In this document: piece after piece, positions 26,616 through 39,896 of the stretch
Layout: every line of letters begins with the position of its first letter
Numbering within the stretch: position 1 is the stretch's first letter
Assembly: GCF_009914755.1 (NCBI RefSeq)
Contig: NC_060931.1
Strand: one strand, 5' to 3'
Length of the DNA: 64,000 nucleotides
From: the human T2T-CHM13v2.0 reference genome, Homo sapiens
The notes under the pieces: generated by a model
What the model saw: the letters and a program-made list of their open reading frames with translations, nothing else
Told to the model about the DNA's origin: nothing
Databases searched by the model: none
Program-made: the position numbers and the translations under genes

Positions 26616-28904
26616 ACCCAGTTAAACAGAACTAAACCTCATGACATAGTAAAGAGTGAAATTTCATGTGATTGAGGAAGTACCATCACAGAGATAAAGA
26701 CTATGTAGTGATATCTATGTCCACATAAAATTTTTTTTGTAAATACCATGTGTTAAATATATTAGCAAAAGTGAGAGAAGCAAGGTCCAAGATAAAAACC
26801 CTTGGCTTGTGTTTATTTTTGAAGGACTTAATAGAGTTAGATGGATTTGGTGACTGGGAAAGAGATGACACTAACCTTTGGGCATATGTGTATGCTGGAC
26901 TTTAAACCATGATCCTTTCTGTTGACCTTAAAAAAATAACATAATGTCCTTTTTTGAAAAGAAGGGGGGTACTTAAATTTTACCTGACTTTGATTTTTTA
27001 AAAAAAATGTAAAAATACAAGATATACCTACACACTCTATGTTCAATTCCTAGCTCCCATTTAATGATCTTCAATTCAGAGTAATATTCTGAGGGAAAAA
27101 AACATTTTCCACACTGGGCACTCATGTTTCTTTGATGAATGAAGGAAAGCTGTTATTACAGCCAATGAATGTGCATCCTGGACCCCATAAATTCCTGACA
27201 CTTCCATCAATACCCAGAAAACACGGTTTATCAACAGATTGTAATTTTAGGAGCAATTCATAGACTCTAGAAGATGAGAGTTTAAATGACACTAGACAAC
27301 ACCTGATTTTCTGAATATTAGCTCTTTGTTAGCTTATTTTTTAAAGAGTTTTATAACAGTACCAAGTCTTACTGGCATTATCATCTGGAATTCATTAAAT
27401 ATAACATGTATGCAAGAACTTTTTTAAAGTTACACATTTTTCAGTTTTAGTAAGTGGTGAAAAAGCTGACTCTTAGAATATATTTCCAATCATGTTATTT
27501 TATTTTTGCAGTAAAATATGGATTATTTCCCATGTTCACTCAACAGCTCACAGTGACTTTTGAAATTATGAATGGCATACAAAAACAGTCTCTTGCTCTT
27601 TTGTGTTGCAGCTGTTACCACTATCTCTGTTTATAGGACTCTATGCATTTTTCATAATCTTTACTCTTAAATAGTGATTTGCATGGCACAAAAATGTACA
27701 AATTAAAATAAATTAAATGGCATAGAAATCCCTCAAAGATACAAAGTTTTTAAATGAAGTCCAGTTATTTTCAGATATCCTGAAGATGCAGTTATAAGAA
27801 CAATGATCATTAAAACATTCATTGTGCTAAACATACAGTGAATAAAGAGAAAATACACCAAAAACACATCTTTAATTTCTTTAGAAGCAAGAATAAAAAT
27901 TTTATGAAAAATAAAAATACGGTGATGGAAGTGGCCTGGGCTTGGATGTTGAGAAGTATATTTCTGCTATTTACTGCTCTACTGAATATAACTTCTATGC
28001 TTGCTTAGAGTTTGAAAAAGTATGCATGTTGTTGACTTACTGATTATTTAGTACAATGCTTCTCTTAGTGCAGCATTGTCACTGGTGACCTCTTTGTCCT
28101 AAAATTAAGAAGATATTAAAATAGATATTTTTACTTAATTTGAATTTTTAATATCTGCCTCTGTCAAGCTGCTTCAATGCCTGCCAAAGAGGAATGGAAA
28201 TGAATAAATTCTAAAAATATTTCTCTTCCATTGGCCTGAAACATTCCTTTGAGACAGAATTGAAAGTTTTAGGGGTTCCTCTTCTATCACAGAGGTGATC
28301 TGTTCATACAGTGAGTTGAATGACTAATGCATTAATGTCTGGAAGACAGACAATGGAGATTTTAGCAGAGCTAGCATGTTCCCTCTGCAACCCCCATGCA
28401 CTCACACTCCCCCAACACACACACTCACTTTTATAAAAGCACCTATCATTTCAAGTTCATGTGGTAATTGTTTACCAGGAATTGCCTTCACTTAAGGGAA
28501 CAGAAGAAACAAAGAAAAAAAATTATCTGGCAAGAAGGTACATATGCCATTTATCCCTCTTTCTGTTGCTCTTTGTAGACATTCGAAGGATAATACGATC
28601 AAACAAATGCTTTATCTTCTATGCCAAAATTTCTCCAAGGAAATATTTCATTCGGCATATGGCTTTGACTTATCCTGTCAACCACCTCTCTTCTCCCACA
28701 ATTTTTCCTTCTTTATTTCTTTTTTACATTAATATATTACACAAGGGAGTAATATTTTCACAAAGGAATCAAGCCAGGATTTAGAGCTCTTTCCTTAGGC
28801 TACTAATCATTTCACAAAATTAATTGATAGTTGCTGATGATTTTTCTCACCACTACTTAACCATTTGCAAGCGGTTTTCTACCCCCTCCCTAATCTGAAA
28901 AATA

Positions 28905-29335
28905 TTTCTATCTTCAAAGTCAACAGTGTCTTTCCAATGGCTAATAACAAAGATTTTCTCTCTGCGTTCAATAATGTCACCCACTTATTAAAAATTTTGT
29001 TTCTGTGTTTATTTATGCAATATTATGTATTTAGGCTCTTCTTCTACTTTCCTTTCTTTTCTGTCTCCCAGCTTTCTCTTTTCCTGGTGTGTTTTCCACC
29101 ATTCCTAAAGGTGTTCACCCAAAGTGTGTATCTCTCTTTGTCTTTTTACTCTTTATGATAAGCTTCTGTGATTTCATCATCATAATTTTGAGAGGAATCT
29201 AAAATTATACACTTAGTATTAGTCTTTTCTCTCCAGGTCAAACATATGAATTTAAAAATGGGTATGATAACTCTGCACGAATGATGAGGTATCTCAAATC
29301 CAGTATGCACCAAACCAAACTCAACATTGTCACTT
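28905..29335 (+). mobile_element. L2 fragment
   Basis: ggtatctcaaatccagtatgcaccaaaccaaactc and the pyrimidine-rich L2 body. Confidence 0.55.
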
Positions 29336-29337
29336 CT

Positions 29338-29870
29338 TATGGCAGGCAGAATTTTAACTGTGACCAACATCTCCACTTTCCTGTCTGCACATCTTGCATA
29401 ATCGCTGGGACTGTGAATATATGAGGAATTTTACTCCATGACTCAGTTATATTTTATGGTGTATTTGACATTAACAAAAAGAGATTACCCAGATAAGCCT
29501 AACCTAATAACACCAAAAACTTTAAATCCGAGTCTAGAGGTCAGAGACAGAGAAAGTCAGAGATATGGGCATGAGAGGGATTCAAAGCAGGGAAGAGTCT
29601 TTGTATCTGACTTTGAATATGGAGGGTAACAGCATGACAAGGAATGAAGGCAGCCTTTCAGTGCTGAGTGGTCCCAGCAACAACCATCAAGATAATGGAG
29701 ATAGCTCTACAACCAGAAGAAGCTAAATTCTTCCTATAACCTGAATGAACTTGAAAGTAGATTTTCCCCTAGAGCCTCCAGATGAAAACTCAGCACAGTG
29801 GGACACCCTGAATTCAGCTTTATAATTGCTTGAACAGAAAAACCAGCCATGCTGTTCTTATATTTTAATC
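29338..29870 (+). mobile_element. MLT1E-like MaLR LTR
   Basis: tatggcaggcagaattttaa start; aacctgaatgaacttgaaagtagattttcccctagagcctccagatga. Confidence 0.75.
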
Positions 29871-30059
29871 TGTGGGAGGAGGGGGTGTGAAGGAGAAAGA
29901 GAGAGAGGAGAGGAAGGAAACAAGGAAAGGAGGAAGGGAGGGGGAAAGTAAAGAAAAAATAATGGCTTCCTATCACTTACTAAAAGTCAAATACTTTAGC
30001 CAGAAATTTCACATGTAGAACCCTAAACTGGCATGTTAGTGCAATACATTTTAAGCAAT

Positions 30060-30300
30060 GAAATAATGTTATTAAGGTCACAGGATCTGTAGCCAACTTG
30101 GGTTTGAATCCCACTCTTTTAACTATTTTCTTTCTATTCTTGGGCAAGTTATTTTATCTTTATGTGTTTTAGACTTTTACCCATAAAACAAGGATGTTAA
30201 TAATAACACCAATCTCATAGGGTTATTTGAGGATCAAATGAGCTAATATATTAAGTACTTTACAAAGTACTTGGTCCATTGAAACCTTTATATATTTTAG
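30060..30300. mobile_element. MIR
   Basis: cttgggtttgaatccc...cttgggcaagtta...ctcatagggttatttgaggatcaaatgagctaat. Confidence 0.8.
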
Positions 30301-30423
30301 GCTTATATTTTCTCAACCTAATTTTTAAGAATTAATCAACTATAATGTGTCTGCTTTATTCTCTGAATCACTTACTCTAGTGTGTTACAGTGTGTACTCA
30401 ATTCCAGATTATTGAATGAATAA

Positions 30424-31030
30424 TGATAGAGCAGACACTTTTTCCATGAGGCATAGCCACTCATCCTTCCTTGCCATGATACCTGAGTTTGTTCTGGTGT
30501 TTATGTGCTTCAAGAGGTTGGGCTCTTTTCCACCTTCTGTTGAGGAATCTTGTAGATCATAACCAATGGTGGTAACTCCATGCCCATGGCCAGTAATTCA
30601 TTTAGAAGTAAACATGTGCCACAATTTTGGCCAAGGAAATGTTAGGCCATATCTGGCATGAGAGTGGAGGATGGCGTTGTCAGATAGTGTTTGTTGTTTT
30701 TAAAAGAAGGTATATAGAAAGCGGAGATTGTCTTTTCTGCCTCTGGATATTGTCATCTGTAACACCTAACACCTACGCAGCCATCCTGAAACAATGGGTA
30801 ATGTTTATCTGAAAACAGAGTTAGCTGAAGAACACAAATTAATGTGATGAGGATGGCATAGCAAAAGATAGAAGGAACCTATCTTGTATCATGTCACTGA
30901 GCATTAGTAATGTTTAAATTGTCCAAGCTCAAGACTTACTCTTTTGTGAGATAATGAATAGCCTCAATTCTAAGCCATTTACAGTTACAATTTCTATTGC
31001 TTTGAAATGGAACACTCCACCTGACCTGAT
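30424..31030 (+). mobile_element. MLT1J/K-like MaLR LTR
   Basis: acaattttggccaaggaaatgt; gcagccatcctgaaaca; tgtgagataatgaata...taagccattt. Confidence 0.6.
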
Positions 31031-33013
31031 ATGTATAAAACTCATATTAGCCACAGGATTAAATAATGCTAATTTTCTAGTTATAAAGTGTTCTCTAACA
31101 TTAATTTTATATATCTGAAATTTTTAATAAACTGATCAAACCAGGTCTAATTTTCTCAATTATGCTCCTTGCTATAAAATCAGATATTTGTTTTTCATTA
31201 CAGTTGGCTTTGGGTTAGTTACAGAGATATACTATTTCAACAACAATTATTATGAAATTTATGAAAGCCAAGAAAATGTAATCATCCTGTAGATAAATTA
31301 ATTATTCTGGGAGATGTTTTAATATTTCAGACTAATTGAAAATGTGGCAAAAAATATGAATATGTGGCTCCATATTCTCAATAAATAAATAATTTTTTAA
31401 TTGCATATATTTTGCTTGTGTAAACTGACTGTGCACTGAACCCATGCCCCTGTTATCCTAACTACACCCCACCTATAAATGCCTATTGACTTACTGATTT
31501 ATCCAATTTGGATTCACAATAGACAATTCTTGACAATGGATGACTTAACGATTACTTTAAATGTGCTGAGAGATTACTTAAAAACGTTTGGAATATGGCT
31601 TCTGCCATAAATTCACTCAGATTATTTTGAAACATTGATTTTAACCTTACTAATTTGTTAACTAAGCAGAAGAAAAATACTATCCCCAATGGCATAGCAT
31701 GAGGTAGGTTTAGAAGTAGAAACAGGACACATCCCATGTACATGACATAGTTTCCTGTAGATCGTCTCATATAGCTTAAAATCATGAAGAAAGTGAGATA
31801 ATTACACTATCTACAAATCTTGAAATAATTTCTAACTCTCTCAGTGACAAATTTCTCTCTTTCCCTTAAATTCCAGATGCTACTCAATATGGGTAATTAT
31901 TGGAATACTTTCTTTTGCCCTTAATTAAGTTTTCTACTTTTAGATACCCATTTAAAATTTAGTGAGTTTAAATAATTTGAAATTATGACAACACTAAATT
32001 TGTATGTAAAGATAAATTAGAGATTGAGTACACCTGTTATGACCAACACCACATCTGTGGGTGATGTTCTGAGTATTTGTAATTACAAGGCCTAAGTCAT
32101 GATTTCATACTTAAAAATAGAAGATGTTTAAAAAATGAAAATGGCAGATCAGTAAAGCCATGTTTTTAATCGATATTTTTTATTTAACATTTGGGTTGGT
32201 CTACCCTCAAATTACCTTTGTTCATTAGATAGTAAAACAAAATTTTAACTAAAGACAGCTCTGTTACTCTTTGCCCTTTTTATTCTGAAAATCTGTTTCA
32301 TGTTAGCACTCTGTGCATAAATAACAGAGTCAGAGAATTATGCGTGTCAAGTAGACACTCATTCATTTAACACATGTACAACACACTTTGCTCACCAACT
32401 TGCTCACCACCACTGGGGTTCAATTCTAGGTCACAAAGGAGATATCTGGGTTTTCTCTGAAGTAAATGGGGACATTTATTTTTCATCTAGGCTTTATTTT
32501 CTTTGTAGAAATGGTGCTATGTTTTAAATACCAAGATACAGAAAAGGAAGTTAGAAATTACAACAAAAGTAATTTTGTGATTGCAAGTTAAAACATATAA
32601 GAAAAATTAGCAAATGTGAATGAAGTCTGTATGTAAAAATAAATTTAAAACCCCATAATATCCAAATCCATTGTTTCAGTCTTTTCAGTTATCTTAAATT
32701 ACATTTTATCTTTTATCATAGCAGGTCACATTTTTTGTGCTATTTATGTCAAACATAAATAAGACATTTCATTTAATGTTTGTTTAGTGCTATAGATAGA
32801 TGCATCTTATTGTCTGGAAACGTGCATAATAGGAAAATCTCAATTAATTACAGCCTAACTAATCAGTATATTTTATAAGTAACAATTCTAGTATTTTATT
32901 TTACAAATAACAAAGGCTACTATAATTGCATTTAATTTCATCAGAGAAGTTGAGTATATTGGAAAAGATAAAGAAAGAAAATACAATCTGTATTAATATC
33001 TAACATTTATGAA

Positions 33014-33363
33014 TGATACGGTTCTGCTGTTTCCCCCTTCAAATCTCGAACTGTATCTCCCAGAATTCCCACGTGTTGTGGGAGGGAACCAGGGGGAAGT
33101 AATTGAATCATGGGGGCTGGTCTTTCTCGTGCTATTCTCATGATAGTGAATAAGTCTCACAAGATCTGACGGTTTTATCAGGCGTTTCCGCTTTTGCATC
33201 TTCCACATTTTCTCTTGCTGCCACCATGTAAGAAGTGCCTTTTGCCTCCCACCATGATTCTGAGGCCTCACCACCCATGTAGAATTGTTAAGTACAATTG
33301 AACCTCTTTTTATTCCCAGTCTTGGGTATGTCTTTATCAGCAATGTGAAAACGAACTAATACA
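33014..33363 (+). mobile_element. THE1A solo LTR
   Basis: tgatacggtt...gaactaataca termini (TG..CA, 350 bp); THE1A-type ttccgcttttgcatcttcc segment; near-complementary to LTRs at 35620 and 37556. Confidence 0.93.
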
Positions 33364-35166
33364 CTGAGGTTCGGCATAGTGACATTTGTAGAAGTTTTAA
33401 TAAACTGACTAAAACAAACAAACAATCAAACAAAAGAACTTCTGTTGCTATCTGAATAGATTCACTGAGCTGATCTAGTCATCATGAACAGATAATTAAT
33501 ATCTGTTAGTTTGGATAGTAACCATGGAGAACTCGTAAATCTTCCATCATTCAATATTTTACCTTCAACATGTAATGGGCAATTAAGTCATTTGCACTGA
33601 TGTGCCTGTACCATTTTCCAATTCAGTGGGGGAAAAATATGTAAAGATATAACAAACAAAAATGAAAATTCATTTTTTAATAAGTCTGAATAACACAGAA
33701 CTTTGTGTGTTTTTTCATAAATATACAATAGGTGTTTATTTCACTGAAAATTACAATTCAAGCAATGTGAACCTGAGATTTTGTTTTCATCATCAAAAAA
33801 AAAAGATGATCTTAAAGTTTACATCTCTTCAGTACAGAGTAAACAGTTAAATGTTGTATAAGCCCATGTAGACACTTAAAGCCAACAAGCTTTTTATTAC
33901 TTTTTGTTAATCCAAGTCAAATAACCATTTTAACAATATATTAAAATATGAAATTCATTTATATTATATGAAATCAATGAGTAAATGCCAAAATAGTTTA
34001 TTTTGAAATGTCCACTTTATTAATAATCAATCTCAAGCCAGCATTAAAAAAAGAAACTACTTGAAAATTGCTTCCACCACCACCAAAAGTCTCACTCTTG
34101 TAGATGCTGTATTTTATTTTATCTCAATAACATCTAATTTCATTTAGAAATAAGATAGATTTTTTTTTACTTCAGTTAATAAATTTGATTTATCTTTCAA
34201 AATGCAATTAATTATAACATGAATAGAAAATACCATAGAGGGGGCTTACAGAAGCACTTCTGATTTTATCCTTATGTGAGTGCTATGATATACTTAATAA
34301 TATAAATAATAATATGATGAGCAAGATGAATATCCATGGAAAAATGTCAGTGTCAGCTAGGATGAGAGCAAAATATGTCTTTTTTTTTGACTTCTCAAAT
34401 CTACATCCTTCAATTCCTGAAGCCACTCACATTCCCTGAAGTCACACTTTCTACCTTGTGTTCTGAGGTTATATCATCTGTCTCATTTACTACAAAGTTC
34501 ACCAAGTGGAAACTTCCCTTAAAATCATTGGGTTTTGCATGCAGATTGTCTTGGCAGAGATATAGACCAAAAAGAAAAAAGTGGTTTAATAATTCTCATG
34601 GGTTGTAGACTTAGAGAAATTCGCCAGTAGATCATTACTGATGTGACAAAACTTATACCGTCTATCTTCATGAATAGGAGGATTATATATGGAAGACTTC
34701 TATATTAAGTTATGTTTAAGAATAGAGAATAGAATTTTCTTCTCAGTATAATTCCAAATAATATTTTATCCTCTAGTTCTAGTAAGTATTTTGATATTTA
34801 GTAACAATATTTTAAAATTTTGATAATTTTCTTATTCATTGCTGTGGCTCTAAATCATCTTTTATATTAGTATGTTTTATCTTCCCCTTTGTTATTTTGC
34901 AAGTACCATGTTTCTTAATTTAGAATTATATAGCTATCATTAGGAATATTGTTATAAATAAGAAAATAAACATACTTTTACAATACTTTTATTCATGTAA
35001 TAGTTATTAGGTGGAAATGCTAATTCAAATTCTCGGTTAATATCTGAGATATAATGGTGATTAAGACACAGTTCCTGCTCTCAAGGAGTTCAGTTTAATC
35101 AAAGAAAAATATTAAACAAATAAAAAGCATTCATTGTTATATCTTCTTTTCCTATATGTAAAATGA

Positions 35167-35419
<253 letters not shown>

Positions 35420-35619
35420 AGGTTTGAATCTTAAATACTGAAAGCATCACTTATATATATGTTGTTGGTAATGACAATTGTACTCAATATACAATTTATC
35501 TTTTCATAAAAACTCAGTGCTATAATTTTAGATTATTTAAATGTGTCAAGTTGCACTATGGAAGCATAAGAAAAAGAACACTAAACTTGGCCTGGAAGGA
35601 GACAGAGATGTTTCCTCAC

Positions 35620-37907
35620 TGTATTATTTCATTTTCATGCTGCTGATAAAGCCATACCCAAGACTGGGAATAAAAAGAGGTTTAATTGGACTTACAGTTC
35701 CACATAGGTAGTGAGGCCTCAGAATCATGGTGGGAAGCAACAGGCACTTCTTACATGGTGGCAGCAAGAGAAAATGAGGAAGAAGCAAAAGCGGAAACCC
35801 ATCAGATCTTCTGTGACTTATTTACTATCACAAGAATAGCACAGGAAAGATTGGCCCCCATGATTCAATTACCTCCCCCTGAGTCCCTTCCCCAAAACAT
35901 GGGAATTCTGAAAATACAATTCAAGTTGAGATTTGGGTTGGGGCACAGCAAAACCATATCATTCAGCCCCTGGCCCCTCCAAATTTCATGTCCTCACATT
36001 TCAAAATCAATCATTCCTTCCCAACAGTCCCCCAAAGTCTTAACTCATTTCAGCATTAACCCAAAAGTCCACAGTCCAAAGCCTCATCAGAGACAAGGCA
36101 ATTCCCTTCCACCTATGAGCCTGTAAGATCAAAAGCAAGCTAGTTACTTCCTATATACAATGGGGGTACAGGTATTGGGTAAATACAGCCATTACAAATT
36201 GGAGAAATTGGCCAAAACAAAGGGGTTACAGGGCCCATGCAAGTCCAAAATCCAGCAGGGCAGTCAATTTAAAGCTCCAAGATGATCTCCTTTGAATCCA
36301 GGTCTTACATCCAGGTCACACTGATGCACAAAGTGGGTTCCCATGGTCTTGGGGAGCTCTGCCCCTGTTGTTTTGTAGGGTACAGTCTCCCTCCTGGCTG
36401 TTTTCATGGTCTGGCATTGAGTTCCTGTGGCTTTTCCACATGCACAGTATAAGCTGCTGGTGGATCTACAATTCTGGGGTCTGGAGGATGGTGGCCCTCT
36501 TCCCACAGCTCCACTAGGCAGTGCCCCAGCAGGGACTCTGTATGGGGGCTCCAACCCCACTTTTCTCTTCCACACTGCCCTAGCAGAGGTTCTGTGTGAA
36601 GGCCCCACTCCCACAGCAAACTTTTGCCTGGACATCCAGGTATCTCCATACATCTTCTGAAATCTAGGTGGAGCTTCACAAACCTCAATTCTTGACTCTT
36701 GTGCAATCACAGGCTCAACACTACCTGGAAGCTGCCAAGGCTTGGGACTTTCACACAGCCTGAGCTGTGCATCGTGAAGCCACAGCCTAAGCTGTACATT
36801 GGCCCCTCTCAGCCATGGCTGGAGCAGCTGGGACACAGGGCACCAAGTTCCTAGGCTGCACACAGCATGAGGACCTTGGGCCTGGCCCAGGAAACCGCTT
36901 TATCCGCCTGGGCCTCCAGGCCTGTGATAGGAGGGGCTGTTGTGAAGGTCTCTGGCGTGGCTTGGAGACATTTCCCCCCATGGTCTTGGGGATTAATAAT
37001 AGACTCCTTGCTACTTATGCAAATTTCTGCAGCTGGCTTGAATTTCCCCTCAAAAAAATGGGATATTATTTTCTATCACATTGTCAGGCTGCAAATTTTC
37101 TGAACTTTCATACTGTTTCCCTTTTAAAACAGAATGCTTTTAACGGCACCCAAGTCACCTCTTGAATGCTTTGCTGCTTAGAATTTTTTTTCTGCCAGAT
37201 ACCCTAAATCATCTCTCTAAAGTTCAAAGTTCCACAAATCTCTAGGGCAGAGGCAAAATGCCACCAGTCTGTTTGCTAAAACATAACAAGACTCACCTTT
37301 GCTGCAGTTCCTAAAAAGTTCCTCCTCGCCATCTGAGACCGCCTCAGCCTGGACCTTATTGTCCATATCACTATCGGTATTTTGTCCAAAGCCCTTCAAC
37401 AAGTCTCTAGGAAGTTCCAAACTTTCCCACATTTTTGTGCCTTCTTCTGAGCCCTCCAAACTGTTCCAACCTCTGCCTGTTACCCAGTTCCAAAGTCTCT
37501 TTCACATTTTCATGCATCGTTTTAGTAACTTTCCACTCTACTGGTACTAATTTACTGTATTAGTGCATTCTCACACTGCTGATAAAGGCATACCCAAAAC
37601 TGGGAGAAAAGGAGTTTTAATCGGACTTACAATTCCACATGGCTGGGGAGGCCTCAGAATCACGGCGGGAGGTGAAAGACACTTCTTACATGGCTGCAGC
37701 AAGAGAAAACAAGGAAGAATTAAAAGCAGAATCCCCTGATAAACCCATCAGATCTTGTGAGACTTATTTAATATCAGGAGAAAAGCATGGGAAAGACTGG
37801 CCCATATGATTCAATTACCTCCCCCTTGGTCCCTCCCACAATATGTGGGAATTCTGGGAGATACAACTCAAGTTGAGATTTGGGTGGGGATACAGCCAAA
37901 GCTATCA
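35620..37907 (-). mobile_element. Full-length THE1A MaLR element (3'LTR 35620-35961, internal region 35962-37555, 5'LTR 37556-37907)
   Basis: Two direct-repeat LTRs; polypurine tract (antisense cagcccctggcccctcc) next to the 3'LTR; THE1-int ORF remnants 36264..36863 and 37217..37459; TSD ctcac/ctcag. Confidence 0.95.
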
Positions 37908-37922
37908 CTCAGGGACTCAATG

Positions 37923-38468
37923 TGTTACTGAAATGCTAGGCATTCAGTCTAGTTCCTCTTGCTTGCCCCACAGAAAACCAATATTAGGACAATGAGCATT
38001 GCCAGGGAAAGAGAATTTAATAGGATGGTGCAGAATGAGCATCGCCATGGAAGCAGAATTTAATGGGGTGCTTTAACAGGGTGCTGCAGCCAAGAATATG
38101 GGAGATCAGTCTCAAATGTATCTCCCCAACCAACTAAAATTAGGGGTTTATAAGGCAAGGAGAAATATAACTACATGTGAGAAAATAGGAATTAGGGAGG
38201 GGTAAGGAATAGGAGTTGGTCAACAGGCATCAAGTGGTTGATTAGGCAAACATGACAGATGAGGGATCTGACATCTTATTGTCCAGATGAAATGATCTGG
38301 TAAGTTTCAGTTCCTTGATACTATCAGTGAGACCTGAAGGTCGGTTTCCTGAGCAAGGAACTCAGATAAGACGAATGCAAGTTTAAAGTTTTAAGGCCAG
38401 GAGGGTCAAATTTCTGTTTATCCAAAAACCAAAAACACTAGTCCTATAGTGAAGGTGGGCAGGTTTCA
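37923..38468 (-). mobile_element. ERV1 LTR, MER66-like
   Basis: tgttactgaaa...gtttca termini; ggtgctgcagcc...gggagatcagtctcaaat...ctaaaattaggggtttata. Confidence 0.7.
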
Positions 38469-38715
38469 AAAGTCCCTGGGTTGTCTTTTGACTGAATACA
38501 TTGAAATAATGTTAAAAGTAGCCTACTTTAAACATTCTAATTTAGCTTTTCTGGAATAAGTTATCAAGAATTATACGTAATTAAAAATGTGTAAACTGAT
38601 ATGTTAAAAAATTAAGTTTTTATCTTTAGTTAGAGACACACAAATTCCTGTTCCCAGATGCAATTGTTCTTACTAAATTAGTGGGTTTACTTCCAGAAAT
38701 GCTCACATAAACTGT

Positions 38716-38740
38716 TTCTCTCTCTCTCTCTTTCTCTCTC

Positions 38741-38779
<39 letters not shown>
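38716..38779. repeat. Compound (TC)n(TG)n microsatellite
   Basis: Directly visible. Confidence 0.97.
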
Positions 38780-38781
<2 letters not shown>

Positions 38782-39858
38782 TTGTGTTAAACTTATGGAT
38801 ACATAGAGTTGTATAGTTTATAGGTATACAATTTATTTAAATAGTTCTAATAATAAACATCTATATAGTTTCTAAACTTTGCAAAGTTTTTTTCTTTTAA
38901 AAGATTGTTCAGTTCTTACCATTGACCTGTGTATATGCCATATCAAGCTATTTAATGACTAGACTTTCATATTTTAGTATCTGATAAAAATAAAGATCAG
39001 ATGTAATTTTTAGGAGTTCCCTGAATTTTTGGTTATTTATTTTCCTATGAAATCTTCATAGTCTTTTAAAAATAGTAGTTGCATTTGAATAATTTTAAAT
39101 TGATAAATTACTGTAGTGAGAATCACTATTTTTATCTTGTAGAGTCTTCCTAATGAAGAACTTTTTGATCTTTTGGAATGTTCTTTTTGTATCCTATCTT
39201 TCTTTATATAGAAATGGACAACTTCATGTTAAATGTATTAACAAGCATTCTAAATCTTTGTTATTCCTAACATGGAATAACTTTTTCTACATTTTATATG
39301 CCGATTGAGTCTTGTTTGATTTCTACAAATGTATACTCTTAGATTTATCAGGTAAAAAACTATTTCATCTTTAAATAACAATATTGTGCTGTGCCCTACT
39401 TCTATAACTTTGTTTGCTCTTTTTTGCCTAGTACTATTAAATATTATTATTGATTTCTAAAAATTATTTCAGTAGCAATTCTTCCATAGTTTTCTTACTA
39501 ACTTCAATGTTGTATTTTGTGATACAGTGGATGTATTTTATCATGTAAAAAAACTATTCATTCATTCTTGTTTATTGAGAGTTTCAGTCGAAAGTTTTAT
39601 TGATTGTTATAAATGACTTCACAGAATTTTTTCAGATATTTTAATTTAAAAATTAAAATAAATAGATATGGTATAAGATTGATAGCCTAATACTAATTCT
39701 GGGATCATTGCACTTTTAGACTAAACGTCATTGTGTCATGTAGTTTTATTATTGTTTTAATGTGATGAATTTTTTTTGTTAGAATTGTATTTAGGAATTT
39801 CTTCATTGATATGCAAATATGTTACTTTTGTGTTGACATCCTATGTAAGATTTGGGGA

Positions 39859-39896
39859 GCTCCAGTGACCCAGTTGGTTAGGGCACAGTACTTATA
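39859..39896 (+). pseudogene. tRNA-Ile(TAT) 5'-half retropseudogene
   Basis: gctccagtgacccagttggttagggcacagtacttata matches GCTCCAGTGGCGCAATCGGTTAGCGCGCGGTACTTATA at 31/38, with 5 of 7 mismatches at CpG positions. Confidence 0.85.

Noticed and set aside
28380-28445. tataaaag preceded by a C/A-rich tract as a core promoter
   Set aside because: No CpG island or supportable downstream exon; the motif is common by chance in AT-rich DNA.
36264-36863. 199-aa ORF, the longest in the window
   Set aside because: Fragment of the THE1 internal ORF inside the MaLR element; neighbouring parts are frameshifted, so not a host gene.
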